A program made the position numbers and the translations under genes. A stretch of DNA of 63,761 nucleotides, filler included, from Octopus bimaculoides (taxonomy: Eukaryota), in assembly GCF_001194135.2 (NCBI RefSeq). It is 6 parts of 5 records of this genome, joined end to end, with 100 filler letters (N's around TTAATTAATTAA, not from the genome) between each part and the next. Parts side by side here need not be neighbours in the genome. Positions count along the whole stretch, not along the records: positions 13,751 to 25,704 come from NC_068981.1; positions 25,805 to 37,425 come from NC_068982.1; 4 more parts are not named here. The stretch is one strand, 5' to 3'. The notes under the pieces were generated by a model that saw only the letters and a program-made list of their open reading frames with translations, was not told where the DNA came from and did not search any database. This document shows, in pieces, positions 24,845-35,815 of this stretch. Within the stretch, counting starts at the first letter, position 1, and every line of letters starts with the position of its first letter.

Positions 24845-25445
24845 TTTTGGCACAAAGCCAGCAATTTCTGGGGAGGTGTAAGAGGATTACATCGACCACC
24901 AGTGTTCAACTGGTACTTATTTTATCGACCCCAAAAGGATGGACAGCAAGATCCACCTGGGCGGAATTTGAACTCATGACGACGGACGAAATGCCGCTAA
25001 GCATTTCGCCCGACGCTGTAACGATTCTGCCAGCTCAATGTGCTACAGAATTTCACATCATTATCATTAGGTGTTGAAGGCGGTGAGGGAGCAGAATCGG
25101 GCAAAATGCTTAATGGTCTTTCGTCTGTCTTTATATTGTGAGTTCAAATTCTGCCGAAGTCGATTTTCCCTTTCATTCTTTCGGGGGCGATAAAATAAGT
25201 TGCAGTTGATCACTGGGGTCAGTGAAATCGACCTACCCCTTTCCCCAAAAATTGCTGGCTTTGTGTCAAAATTTGAAACCAATATCGATTTGAAATTTTG
25301 GCCAAATGCCTGCAAGTTTGGGGAATGGGTAAGTCCATTATTCTGACCCTCTTTATCGCCCCCAAAGTGATGAAAGGCAAAGTTGACCTCGGCGGAATGT
25401 AAACACACAAAGGAAACACGAACGAAATGCTGAGAAGCATTTAGT
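24845..25445. mobile_element. Cluster of three family B SINEs in alternating orientation (24845-25040 minus, 25075-25285 plus, 25290-25445 minus)
   Basis: Central domain and B-box seen on alternating strands. Confidence 0.75.
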
Positions 25446-25452
25446 CCGGCTC

Positions 25453-25670
25453 ACTCTTTTACTCTTTTACTTGTTTCAGTCATTTGACTGCGGCCATGCT
25501 GGAGCAACTCCTTTAGTCGAGCAAATCGACCCCAGGACTTATTCTTTGTAAGCCTAGTACTTATTCTAATGGTCTTTTTTGCCGAATCGCTAAGTTACGG
25601 GGACGTAAACACACCAGTATCGGTTGTCAAGTGATGTTGGGGGGACAACCACAGACACACGAATATATAC
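25453..25670 (-). mobile_element. SINE family A 3' half
   Basis: ACTCTTTTACTCTTTTACTTGTTTCAGTCATTTGACTGCGGCC. Confidence 0.85.
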
Positions 25671-25748
25671 ACACACATACATATACATACATATATATAT
25701 ATATNNNNNNNNNNNNNNNNNNNNNNNNNNNNNNNNNNNNNNNNNNNN

Positions 25749-25760
25749 TTAATTAATTAA
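25749..25760. other. Synthetic scaffold join marker
   Basis: TTAATTAATTAA in a 100-bp gap (25705-25804). Confidence 0.95.
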
Positions 25761-25950
25761 NNNNNNNNNNNNNNNNNNNNNNNNNNNNNNNNNNNNNNNN
25801 NNNNTGGAGAAGCAACTCAATTGCTAATCCCTTATATTTATGATGATAAATGGTCTTACCGATAAAGGTTTATTTCATACTGAACTACTTGGCAAAATTG
25901 TTAATTGTTAATTCTATTATTAATTGACGATTCCCTGCCCTCATTTCTTG

Positions 25951-25997
<47 letters not shown>

Positions 25998-26009
25998 GTT
26001 TTGATGTAA

Positions 26010-26282
26010 AGGGTAAAGACCTCCTTCGGCCATGAGTGACCATGGGATTGCACCTAGAAAGTTACTCTCCAAGGCACAAGTCCGAAAATGGTAGCTTACA
26101 GAAGACCAGCAGTCGCCTATGCATACCAGCCTCCCCTCTCCACACCACTGATGTTATCCAAGGGAAAGGCAAAGTGGCCGATACAGCTTGGCATCGGTGA
26201 CGTTGTAACTAATTTCTACAGCTGAGTGAACTGGAGCAATGTGAAATATAGTGTCTTGCTCAAGAACACAACACACAACCCT
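26010..26282 (-). mobile_element. SINE family D (5'-truncated)
   Basis: CAGCTGAGTGAACTGGAGCAATGTGAAATATAGTGTCTTGCTCAAGAACAC. Confidence 0.7.
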
Positions 26283-26590
26283 GCTCAGGATCGATAAATT
26301 AAGTACCAGTTATGCACTGGAGTCGGTGTTATCGACTTGATCCCTTTGTCTGTCCTTGTTTGATCCCTCCATGTTTAGCCCCCTTGTGGGCAATAAAGAA
26401 ATAAGAAACGTTAGCACGCCGGGGAAAATGCTTAGCGGTATTTCGTTTGTCTTTACGTTCTGAGTTCAAATTCCGACGAGGTCGGCTTTGCTTTTCATCT
26501 CCTTCGGGAGATGCGTATTGGGGTTGATCTAATCGACTGGCTCCCTCCCTCTGAATTTCGGGCCTTGTGCATAGAGTAGATAAGAATATT
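26282..26590 (+). mobile_element. Family B fragment with a LINE-derived C tail (to ~26405), followed by a second family B copy
   Basis: B central domain runs directly into CCCTTTGTCTGTCCTTGTTTG...GTGGGCAATAAAGAAATAAG, then a B head begins at ~26405. Confidence 0.7.
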
Positions 26591-26844
26591 TTACTGGTTT
26601 CATCCATTGTACCTTAGCGATGGAGGATCGCGCCCAACAACCGCGTGGTCGATCATATTGAACTCAAATACTTATTGTATCAGTTGTTTGTATTTTATCG
26701 ACCCATGTTTATTGACGAAACACTACGTTATGATATAAAAGGAAGAACACAACTCAAACAACACCGGTTTTTAAAACCCCGTGTACACGTAAATGCCCAC
26801 ACAAGAACACATACATATACACACATATCGTTTATGTGTTATTT

Positions 26845-27040
26845 TTATCTTGTTTCAGCCATTAGTCTGCGGCCATGCTGGGGCACTGCCTTGAAGAATT
26901 TTTAGTCGAATGAATCAACCTCAGTGCTTATTGTTTTAAAGCCTGGTAATTTTTCTATCGGTTTCTTTTGCCGAGCTGCTAAGTTACGGGGACGTAAACG
27001 CCCTAGCACCAGTTGTCAAGCGGTGGTGGGGACGAACACA
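26845..27040 (-). mobile_element. SINE family A 3' half
   Basis: CTTGTTTCAGCCATTAGTCTGCGGCCATGCTGGGGCAC. Confidence 0.8.
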
Positions 27041-27214
27041 GATACACACACACACACACACATACACAACACGCACACAACACACAGATACACACACAAC
27101 ATACACACACACACAACATACACACATACACACACACATACACAACATACACACATACACACACACAAATATCACACACATATACACACACACACAAGTA
27201 CACATGTATATACA

Positions 27215-27600
27215 CCGGCAGACAGGACCGTGGCACCGCGAGATTTCAACGTGATACAACCGTCCAATCCGCTGGTATCGTGGCACCACGCAGTTTCAGT
27301 ATGTGATACAACAGTTCAATTCCCCGGTGCTGACGAAATTTCGTCAAGCGAAATAATCTACTTATTTTAGCACTTAAACGTCCAAACGAGATGGTTTCTC
27401 CGGGTGCTTACTTCAGTCAATCTACAGCGTTCGCATGCATGTACCCGCACTCGTGCGCGAGGCGGACGCCTTGTACTACATGTACAGAGGTGGTGGCGGT
27501 GGGTGGATGCGTTTATATCGTTGCTGCTACATAAGCTTTGGCGATGGCGGCGGCGGGGCTGATGTACTGGCTGTATTCCCTCTTACTGCTGCCCTTTCAT
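27215..27600. promoter_or_regulatory. CpG/GC-rich unique island, possible promoter or first exon
   Basis: Dense CpG, CCAAT (27264-27268), GGCGGA, 16-bp palindrome at 27331-27346, and paired imperfect ~32-bp repeats. Function is inferred. Confidence 0.4.
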
Positions 27601-28039
27601 TCCTTCATTACTGCCTTTATTACATACACGAACACATATATATGAGCACAGGGCTTCCGTATAGTTTCCAGTCATAAACTATTTGCCAATATGTAGCTAT
27701 AGTAAAAGTTATGGACCCCAATATGCTGCACTGTGAGATCGAAATTGAAACCACGTGGTTATCGAATTCTCTTCATCAGGAAAACATTCTTCGGCATATT
27801 TCTTCTTGTATGTGTGCGCGCGTCACTGTATGTATGTATGTATGTTTGTTATATATTACAAATGGACATTATTACACATAATATATTGTACGCAGATGTA
27901 TGTATGTGAGTGTACGTGTGTTTATGCGCGCGCGCGCGTATGATTAATTTATGTTCGTTTGAGATTTTTTTCTCATTTTGTAAAATGGCGCCTTTATTAG
28001 AAATATATGTCAATATTGTACATTTGAATATACACACAT

Positions 28040-28079
<40 letters not shown>

Positions 28080-29114
28080 ATGTGTGTATATCTAGATACA
28101 TCTACACGCTGTAAAACACTTTGATATATGCATCTTAATTAGTTATCATAATCTTTAATAAATACATTTAGATATATGAATAAACATGCACCCGTCAGTA
28201 TTTATGTACATACACACATACACATTCATCTGTCTAACCATCCATCTGGGGGTGTATGTACGTATATATATATATANNNNNNNNNNNNNNNNNNNNNNNN
28301 NNNNNNNNNNNNNNNNNNNNNNNNNNNNNNNNNNNNNNNNNNNNNNNNNNNNNNNNNNNNNNNNNNNNNNNNNNNNNNNNNNNNNNNNNNNNNNNNNNNN
28401 NNNNNNNNNNNNNNNNNNNNNNNNNNNNNNNNNNNNNNNNNNNNNNNNNNNNNNNNNNNNNNNNNNNNNNNNNNNNNNNNNNNNNNNNNNNNNNNNNNNN
28501 NNNNNNNNNNNNNNNNNNNNNNNNNNNNNNNNNNNNNNNNNNNNNNNNNNNNNNNNNNNNNNNNNNNNNNNNNNNNNNNNNNNNNNNNNNNNNNNNNNNN
28601 NNNNNNNNNNNNNNNNNNNNNNNNNNNNNNNNNNNNNNNNNNNNNNNNNNNNNNNNNNNNNNNNNNNNNNNNNNNNNNNNNNNNNNNNNNNNNNNNNNNN
28701 NNNNNNNNNNNNNNNNNNNNNNNNNNNNNNNNNNNNNNNNNNNNNNNNNNNNNNNNNNNNNNNNNNNNNNNNNNNNNNNNNNNNNNNNNNNNNNNNNNNN
28801 NNNNNNNNNNNNNNNNNNNNNNNNNNNNNNNNNNNNNNNNNNNNNNNNNNNNNNNNNNNNNNNNNNNNNNNNNNNNNNNNNNNNNNNNNNNNNNNNNNNN
28901 NNNNNNNNNNNNNNNNNNNNNNNNNNNNNNNNNNNNNNNNNNNNNNNNNNNNNNNNNNNNNNNNNNNNNNNNNNNNNNNNNNNNNNNNNNNNNNNNNNNN
29001 NNNNATATATATATATACACACGTATTTATTCAAACATCTTTCTGTTTCTATCTTTGTATACACAAGCACATACGCAACCACACATTCATGTATAAAGGT
29101 ATGTATGTATATAC

Positions 29115-29167
<53 letters not shown>

Positions 29168-29430
29168 CACGCACACACACGCATATATTTGATATGTTCC
29201 CGAGAACTTTAATAAACATGAACATAAATTAGATATCTCACATCCATACCATCATATAAATTAAATATCAACCATTTTAATATTAGATGTGCATCATTTC
29301 CAGTTTAGTTTCTGTATTCTATTCGTATTTTTTTTTTACCTTTCTCTTATTGCATTTCAATTTATCTGATTAGTTTGGCTGTAAGCCTGCATGTCTCTCA
29401 TTCTCTGTCAATCTAACCAACACGCATGTT

Positions 29431-29479
<49 letters not shown>

Positions 29480-29488
<9 letters not shown>

Positions 29489-29579
29489 CTCTTTCTCCCC
29501 CCCCCTCCCCAAAAGAAAAGCTCTACATTGTGTTTGTCCCCTCTGTGTAAAGCCCTGTGTGGCTAATAAAAGAAATGTA

Positions 29580-29612
<33 letters not shown>

Positions 29613-29667
29613 TTATCTATCTATCTGTCTATCTATCTGTCTGTCTGTTTGTCTGTCTGTCTGTCAA

Positions 29668-29723
<56 letters not shown>

Positions 29724-29782
29724 ACTATCTATCTATCTATCTCCCCTCTCTCTGTCTATCTGTCTGTCTGTCTGTTTATCTA

Positions 29783-29849
<67 letters not shown>

Positions 29850-29850
29850 C
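29480..29850 (+). mobile_element. LINE-type 3' end (family C') flanked on both sides by (TATC/TGTC)n
   Basis: AAAGCTCTACATTGTGTTTGTCCCCTCTGTGTAAAGCCCTGTGTGGCTAATAAAAGAAATGT plus tail. Confidence 0.75.
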
Positions 29851-29929
29851 CCCCCTCTCTCTATCATGGAGAATACGAAGCCGTGGTCAGCCGGAAGGGA
29901 CACAGCAGACGTTGCGACTGCGTCTGCAC

Positions 29930-30480
29930 GTCGGAATTCATCCCCACACCTTTGAACAGGGCCTTAGGCTTAATAGAGACGGCTACGCGTAACTGCTGGA
30001 GACTGTGGTGAAACCCTGATCGGAGATGGTTGCTGCTGAAAGGCCATATGTGTGACAGCAGGGTTCAGCTCCTTGTCTTATCATCGAAAAGGGTCAGAAG
30101 TGGTTGTCGGAGAATTTCTACGACTTCGTCAGACCTAATTTCTGGCGTTCTAATTCCCCCGCTTGTAATCCCATAGATTTCTATGCATGGGGCACGGTTG
30201 GGAAAGACACCAACCGTTCTGCCGCCAGAAACACCAAAGCCAAGTTGGTGGCCAAGATCACGGAGGCGTTCGAAGACCTTCCTAGGGACACAATAGGGAA
30301 CGCAAACGCCAGGCCCCGGAACCGTCTTTAGGCTGTGGGGGAAGCTGAGGGCCCCTGCTGGAAATAAACTGTTATCTCCTATCCATAATCTAGTTGATAA
30401 TTTTAATTTTTATTCTTGAACGAGATATTGTGTTTTCTTTTCCTCTTTGGCAAACTGTCAAATTTAGCCCGGATACCTTG
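29930..30480 (+). mobile_element. Second DD37D (maT) transposase 3' fragment, GC-richer subfamily
   Basis: [12 protein letters not shown]...WLSENFYDFVRPNFWRSNSPACNPIDFYAWGTVGKDTN...AVGEAEG. Homologous to the 7497-8347 element. Confidence 0.85.
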
Positions 30481-30506
30481 TATTTTATGAATGTCTTTCC
30501 ATAAAT

Positions 30507-30609
30507 TATAGATGTTTCCGATCTAGTTTGAATTCTTTGCAATCAAATTTGATGGAAAAGTATTCAAATTTGATGGCAAAGAATCCAAACTAGATCGAAA
30601 ACATCTATA
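30507..30609. repeat. Near-perfect inverted repeat (46-bp arms, 11-nt loop, 3 mismatches)
   Basis: 30507-30552 vs the reverse complement of 30564-30609; TATA at both outer ends. Confidence 0.9.
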
Positions 30610-32299
30610 TATACCTTTGTGTGATGTGCGCATAAGTTTGTCATGCGTGTATTTTATAATATATACCGTCGTTTTGTGTGTTTGTTTGTATTTAATATGA
30701 ACGTTTCGTGTGTTTATGTGTATATTACATATTCTTTTTATGATTTTTATATGTGCTTTTGTCTGTTTTATGTATTTTGTGCGTGATGTATATACATTTC
30801 GTGTATTTTGTGTGTCTGAGTATATTTAATGTATATTTAGTGTTAGACTTTCTGGGTTTTTGCATACATTTCATACGAAGAGTGCATGTATTTCATATAG
30901 GTTTTGTATGAAATTTGCGCGTTATATGTGTTTTCTGCTACTTTCGTGAATATTTTGTTTTACACGTGCATTTAAAGTATATTTCATGTTATTCGTATAT
31001 TTTATGTGTCTGTTTTATGTGTTTTACGTGAGATTGTTTTTTTTGTCATGTTTTACCTGTGTTATAAATTTCCCCTTTGTACTTTACATGCGATTTATCC
31101 ATTATTAATTTATTTGATGCCTGTTTACAAATTCTACATATTATTTTTGAGTGATTGTGTGTGATTTTGAGTGATTCTGTGTGTGTTTGTGCGTGTGTGT
31201 GTGTGTGTGTGTATATATATACACACAAGCATATACATACATACATATATATANNNNNNNNNNNNNNNNNNNNNNNNNNNNNNNNNNNNNNNNNNNNNNN
31301 NNNNNNNNNNNNNNNNNNNNNNNNNNNNNNNNNNNNNNNNNNNNNNNNNNNNNNNNNNNNNNNNNNNNNNNNNNNNNNNNNNNNNNNNNNNNNNNNNNNN
31401 NNNNNNNNNNNNNNNNNNNNNNNNNNNNNNNNNNNNNNNNNNNNNNNNNNNNNNNNNNNNNNNNNNNNNNNNNNNNNNNNNNNNNNNNNNNNNNNNNNNN
31501 NNNNNNNNNNNNNNNNNNNNNNNNNNNNNNNNNNNNNNNNNNNNNNNNNNNNNNNNNNNNNNNNNNNNNNNNNNNNNNNNNNNNNNNNNNNNNNNNNNNN
31601 NNNNNNNNNNNNNNNNNNNNNNNNNNNNNNNNNNNNNNNNNNNNNNNNNNNNNNNNNNNNNNNNNNNNNNNNNNNNNNNNNNNNNNNNNNNNNNNNNNNN
31701 NNNNNNNNNNNNNNNNNNNNNNNNNNNNNNNNNNNNNNNNNNNNNNNNNNNNNNNNNNNNNNNNNNNNNNNNNNNNNNNNNNNNNNNNNNNNNNNNNNNN
31801 NNNNNNNNNNNNNNNNNNNNNNNNNNNNNNNNNNNNNNNNNNNNNNNNNNNNNNNNNNNNNNNNNNNNNNNNNNNNNNNNNNNNNNNNNNNNNNNNNNNN
31901 NNNNNNNNNNNNNNNNNNNNNNNNNNNNNNNNNNNNNNNNNNNNNNNNNNNNNNNNNNNNNNNNNNNNNNNNNNNNNNNNNNNNNNNNNNNNNNNNNNNN
32001 NNNNNNNNNNNNNNNNNNNNNNNNNNNNNNNNNNNNNNNNNNNNNNNNNNNNNNNNNNNNNNNNNNNNNNNNNNNNNNNNNNNNNNNNNNNNNNNNNNNN
32101 NNNNNNNNNNNNNNNNNNNNNNNNNNNNNNNNNNNNNNNNNNNNNNNNNNNNNNNNNNNNNNNNNNNNNNNNNNNNNNNNNNNNNNNNNNNNNNNNNNNN
32201 NNNATATATATATACATACACACACACACAAACATAGTTTGTATAAAAACTTTTGCCTGCGTGCGTATTTGCGCGTATTCACGCGCATGCGTGCGACTC

Positions 32300-33620
32300 A
32301 TGTCTGTGGTGTGTATTAGGGTTTGTATTAGTGTGTGTGTGTGTGTGTGTGTAGCGTATGCGCCCGGTGTATGTGTATATGTGTGTACGTAGTATCTGTG
32401 CCGTACATTAGTGTAAGCATTTTAATGCATGTTTTTAGGTGTGCGTACGAGTATACGCATTTGCGCGTGGAGGCTGCTGCATTTCTGCATATCTTTTTCC
32501 ACACGCCATTAGTCGTGTGTGTGTGTGTGGGTCTGAGGAAGTGTATGTGTGTGAAGGCGTAGCTATATGTGGGTGTAAGCGTGTATATGTGTGTGTACGT
32601 GAGCGTGTGTGTGCGTGTGTGTGTGAGCGTGTGTGTGTGTGTATGTGAGACAGAGAGTGTGTGTGAATGGGGTGAATGTGTGTGTGCGTGAGGGAGAGAG
32701 AAAAAGAGAGAAAGCATGAGTGCGTGTGAGAGAGAGAGAGAGACTGTGTGTGTATGTGAGTGTGTGTGAATGTTTGTGTGAGAAAGAGAAAATGTGTATG
32801 GGTGGGTGTGTGTAAGAGAGAAAGAGAGTGAGAGAGAGAGTGTGTATGAATGTGTGTGCGAGAGAGAGAGAGAGTGTGTATGAATGTGTGTGCGAGAGCG
32901 AGTGAGTGTATGTGGATGTGTGAGAAAGACAGTGTGTGGCTGTGTGTGTGAGAAAGAATGTGTGAATGTGTGTATGTGTGTATGAGAGAGAAAGAGAGTG
33001 AGAGAGAGAGAGTGTGTGTGTGGCTGTGTGTGGGAGAGAAGGAGAGTGTGTGTGCGTGTGTGAGAAAGACAGAGTGTGTGGCTGCGTGTGTGATAAGTGA
33101 GAGAGTTTATGTGTGTGTGTGAGCGAGAGAAAGAGAGTGAGAGAGAGAGTGTATGACTGTGTGTGGGAGAGAGTGTGTGTGTGTGAGTGGGAAAGAGAGT
33201 GAGAGAGAGAGAGAGTGTGTGGCTGCGTGTGGGAGAGAGTGTGTGGCTGTGAGTGTGAGAAAGAGAGAGAGTGTGTGTGTGTGAAAGAGAATGTGTGAGA
33301 ATGTGTGTGGGAGAGAGAGTGTGTGTGTGTGCGTGTGTTTTTTGCATCTGTTTTTAAATGTTTTAAAATTGTTTCGTTGGTGGTNNNNNNNNNNNNNNNN
33401 NNNNNNNNNNNNNNNNNNNNNNNNNNNNNNNNNNNNNNNNNNNNNNNNNAGTGTGTGGCTGCGTGTGGGAGAGAGTGTGTGGCTGTGAGTGTGAGAAAGA
33501 GAGAGAGTGTGTGTGTGTGAAAGAGAATGTGTGAGAATGTGTGTGGGAGAGAGAGTGTGTGTGTGTGCGTGTGTTTTTTGCATCTGTTTTTAAATGTTTT
33601 AAAATTGTTTCGTTGGTGGT
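32300..33620. repeat. Degenerate (GT/GA)n mosaic, partly duplicated across a 65-N gap
   Basis: Low complexity; ~33215-33384 is repeated at ~33450-33620. Confidence 0.85.
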
Positions 33621-33639
33621 GGAATAACGGGAAAATTGT

Positions 33640-34280
33640 GACCGTGGAGTTGGTGGTGGTGGTGGAGGTGGTGGTGGTTTTGGTAGAGGTGGTGGTGGTG
33701 GAGTTGGTGGTGGTGTGCTATTATTTGTTAACTGGGGAAAGGTGACGGCTGTTGTAGTGGTGATAGCAGCATTAGTAGTAGTAGTGGTAGAAGTACTAGT
33801 AGTCGTAGTGGTAGAAGTAGTAGTAGTGGTAGTAGTAGTAGTAGTAAGAAAGTGGCATCAGCAGCAGCAGTAGTAGTAGTGGTAGTAGTGGGGGTGGTAG
33901 TGATGGTGTTAGTAGTAGTAGTTGTAGAAGTAGTAGTAGTAGTAGTGGAGATGGTGGTGGTGGTAGTGTGGTAGAAATGGGAGTGATGGTGCTGTTGTTT
34001 GGGCGATAGTACTGTTGGTGGTGGAAAGAGAAGATTCCGTTCGAAATTTAAATTTCCAAAAAGTTTCACCGTTTTTTTTATGGTGCTTTTTTTTTTAGCA
34101 GAAAAGAAAAACTCTTTTGGTTCGAGGCTGACATTTTGGGCAACGATTACATTAATGGTGGTGGAGGTGGTAGTGGTGGTAGTGGTGGTGGTGGTGGTGA
34201 TGGTTGGGGTGATAGAGGTGGTGATGGTGGTGGTGGTGGTGGTAGTGGTGGTGGTGGTGGTAGTGGTGGTGGTGGTGGTG
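33640..34280. repeat. Imperfect (GTG/GTA)n trinucleotide tracts
   Basis: Low-complexity sequence with poly-V/G/S pseudo-ORFs. Confidence 0.85.
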
Positions 34281-35023
34281 NNNNNNNNNNNNNNNNNNNN
34301 NNNNNNNNNNNNNNNNNNNNNNNNNNNNNNNNNNNNNNNNNNNNNNNNNNNNNNNNNNNNNNNNNNNNNNNNNNNNNNNNNNNNNNNNNNNNNNNNNNNN
34401 NNNNNNNNNNNNNNNNNNNNNNNNNNNNNNNNNNNNNNNNNNNNNNNNNNNNNNNNNNNNNNNNNNNNNNNNNNNNNNNNNNNNNNNNNNNNNNNNNNNN
34501 NNNNNNNNNNNNNNNNNNNNNNNNNNNNNNNNNNNNNNNNNNNNNNNNNNNNNNNNNNNNNNNNNNNNNNNNNNNNNNNNNNNNNNNNNNNNNNNNNNNN
34601 NNNNNNNNNNNNNNNNNNNNNNNNNNNNNNNNNNNNNNNNNNNNNNNNNNNNNNNNNNNNNNNNNNNNNNNNNNNNNNNNNNNNNNNNNNNNNNNNNNNN
34701 NNNNNNNNNNNNNNNNNNNNNNNNNNNNNNNNNNNNNNNNNNNNNNNNNNNNNNNNNNNNNNNNNNNNNNNNNNNNNNNNNNNNNNNNNNNNNNNNNNNN
34801 NNNNNNNNNNNNNNNNNNNNNNNNNNNNNNNNNNNNNNNNNNNNNNNNNNNNNNNNNNNNNNNNNNNNNNNNNNNNNNNNNNNNNNNNNNNNNNNNNNNN
34901 NNNNNNNNNNNNNNNNNNNNNNNNNNNNNNNNNNNNNNNNNNNNNNNNNNNNNNNNNNNNNNNNNNNNNNNNNNNNNNNNNNNNNNNNNNNNNNNNNNNN
35001 NNNNNNNNNNNNNNNNNNNNNNN

Positions 35024-35054
<31 letters not shown>

Positions 35055-35056
<2 letters not shown>

Positions 35057-35247
35057 GGGAGAATATACAAATAATAACAACAGACGAGGACAGGTGGTGT
35101 AAATAACAAAAAGATATATTAGTATGACGCTCGGGAATACGGAAAGTCTTTGACGTTTCGAGCTACGCTCTTCAACAGAAAGAATACGGAGACAAGGAGA
35201 AAAACACGGAGAAAAAAAATTGAATAGTGTTCAGTCACCGGTCAATC
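35055..35247 (-). mobile_element. Family H1 short repeat, copy 2, inserted in (TATC)n
   Basis: Reverse-complement homolog of 2253-2461, with (TATC)n on both sides. Confidence 0.75.
35147..35183 (-). ncRNA. Minimal type-I hammerhead ribozyme motif with A6U core variant
   Basis: UCUUU-CUGUUGA-A-GAGC(GUA)GCUC-GAA-ACGU-C-AAAGA: 5-bp stem I, 4-bp stem II, palindromic ACGU, GUC cleavage triplet. Confidence 0.7.
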
Positions 35248-35248
35248 A

Positions 35249-35325
<77 letters not shown>

Positions 35326-35602
35326 GTCAGTCAGTCAGTCTGTCTGTCTTTCTAAATCCAAGCTTTTCTATCAAATTTTTAACCTCCTTATTTACATTTT
35401 ATGTATGTTTTCTTTTCTACTCATTTAACACATCTCAAGTTTTATATCAATCCTCACGTCGCGATAATCTAATTTTGTAAATCGTTGTTGTACGTATTTA
35501 TGGGTCCTTGTGGCCATTAAAAGTTATATTAGTATTATTGTTGTTGTTGCTGATATTGTGCTTGTCATATGTGTTGTTGCAGTTTCTGTTGTTGTTGCCG
35601 TT

Positions 35603-35815
35603 GGCGAGCTGGCAGACTCGTTAGCGCCTTCGGACAAAAATCCATGGTGGCATTTCCTCCGTCTTGTCCGCCGATGTCGACTTTGCCTTTCAGTCTTTCG
35701 GTGGTCGATACATTAAGTACCAGTTGCGTACTGGGGTTGATCTAATCGGCTGACCCCCTCCCCACAAATTTCAGGCCTTGTGCCTTGAGAAGAAAAGGAT
35801 CTGAGTTCAAATTCC
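35603..35815 (+). mobile_element. SINE family B
   Basis: GGCGAGCTGGCAGACTCGTTAGC head through GGCCTTGTGCC end. Confidence 0.8.

Noticed and set aside
27326-27365. CTGACGA...CGAAA read as a hammerhead
   Set aside because: Stem II cannot form, and the 16-bp palindrome would sequester the core.
32328-33347. 339-aa His/Thr/Ser/Leu-rich ORF
   Set aside because: It is the translation of a (GT/GA)n mosaic.
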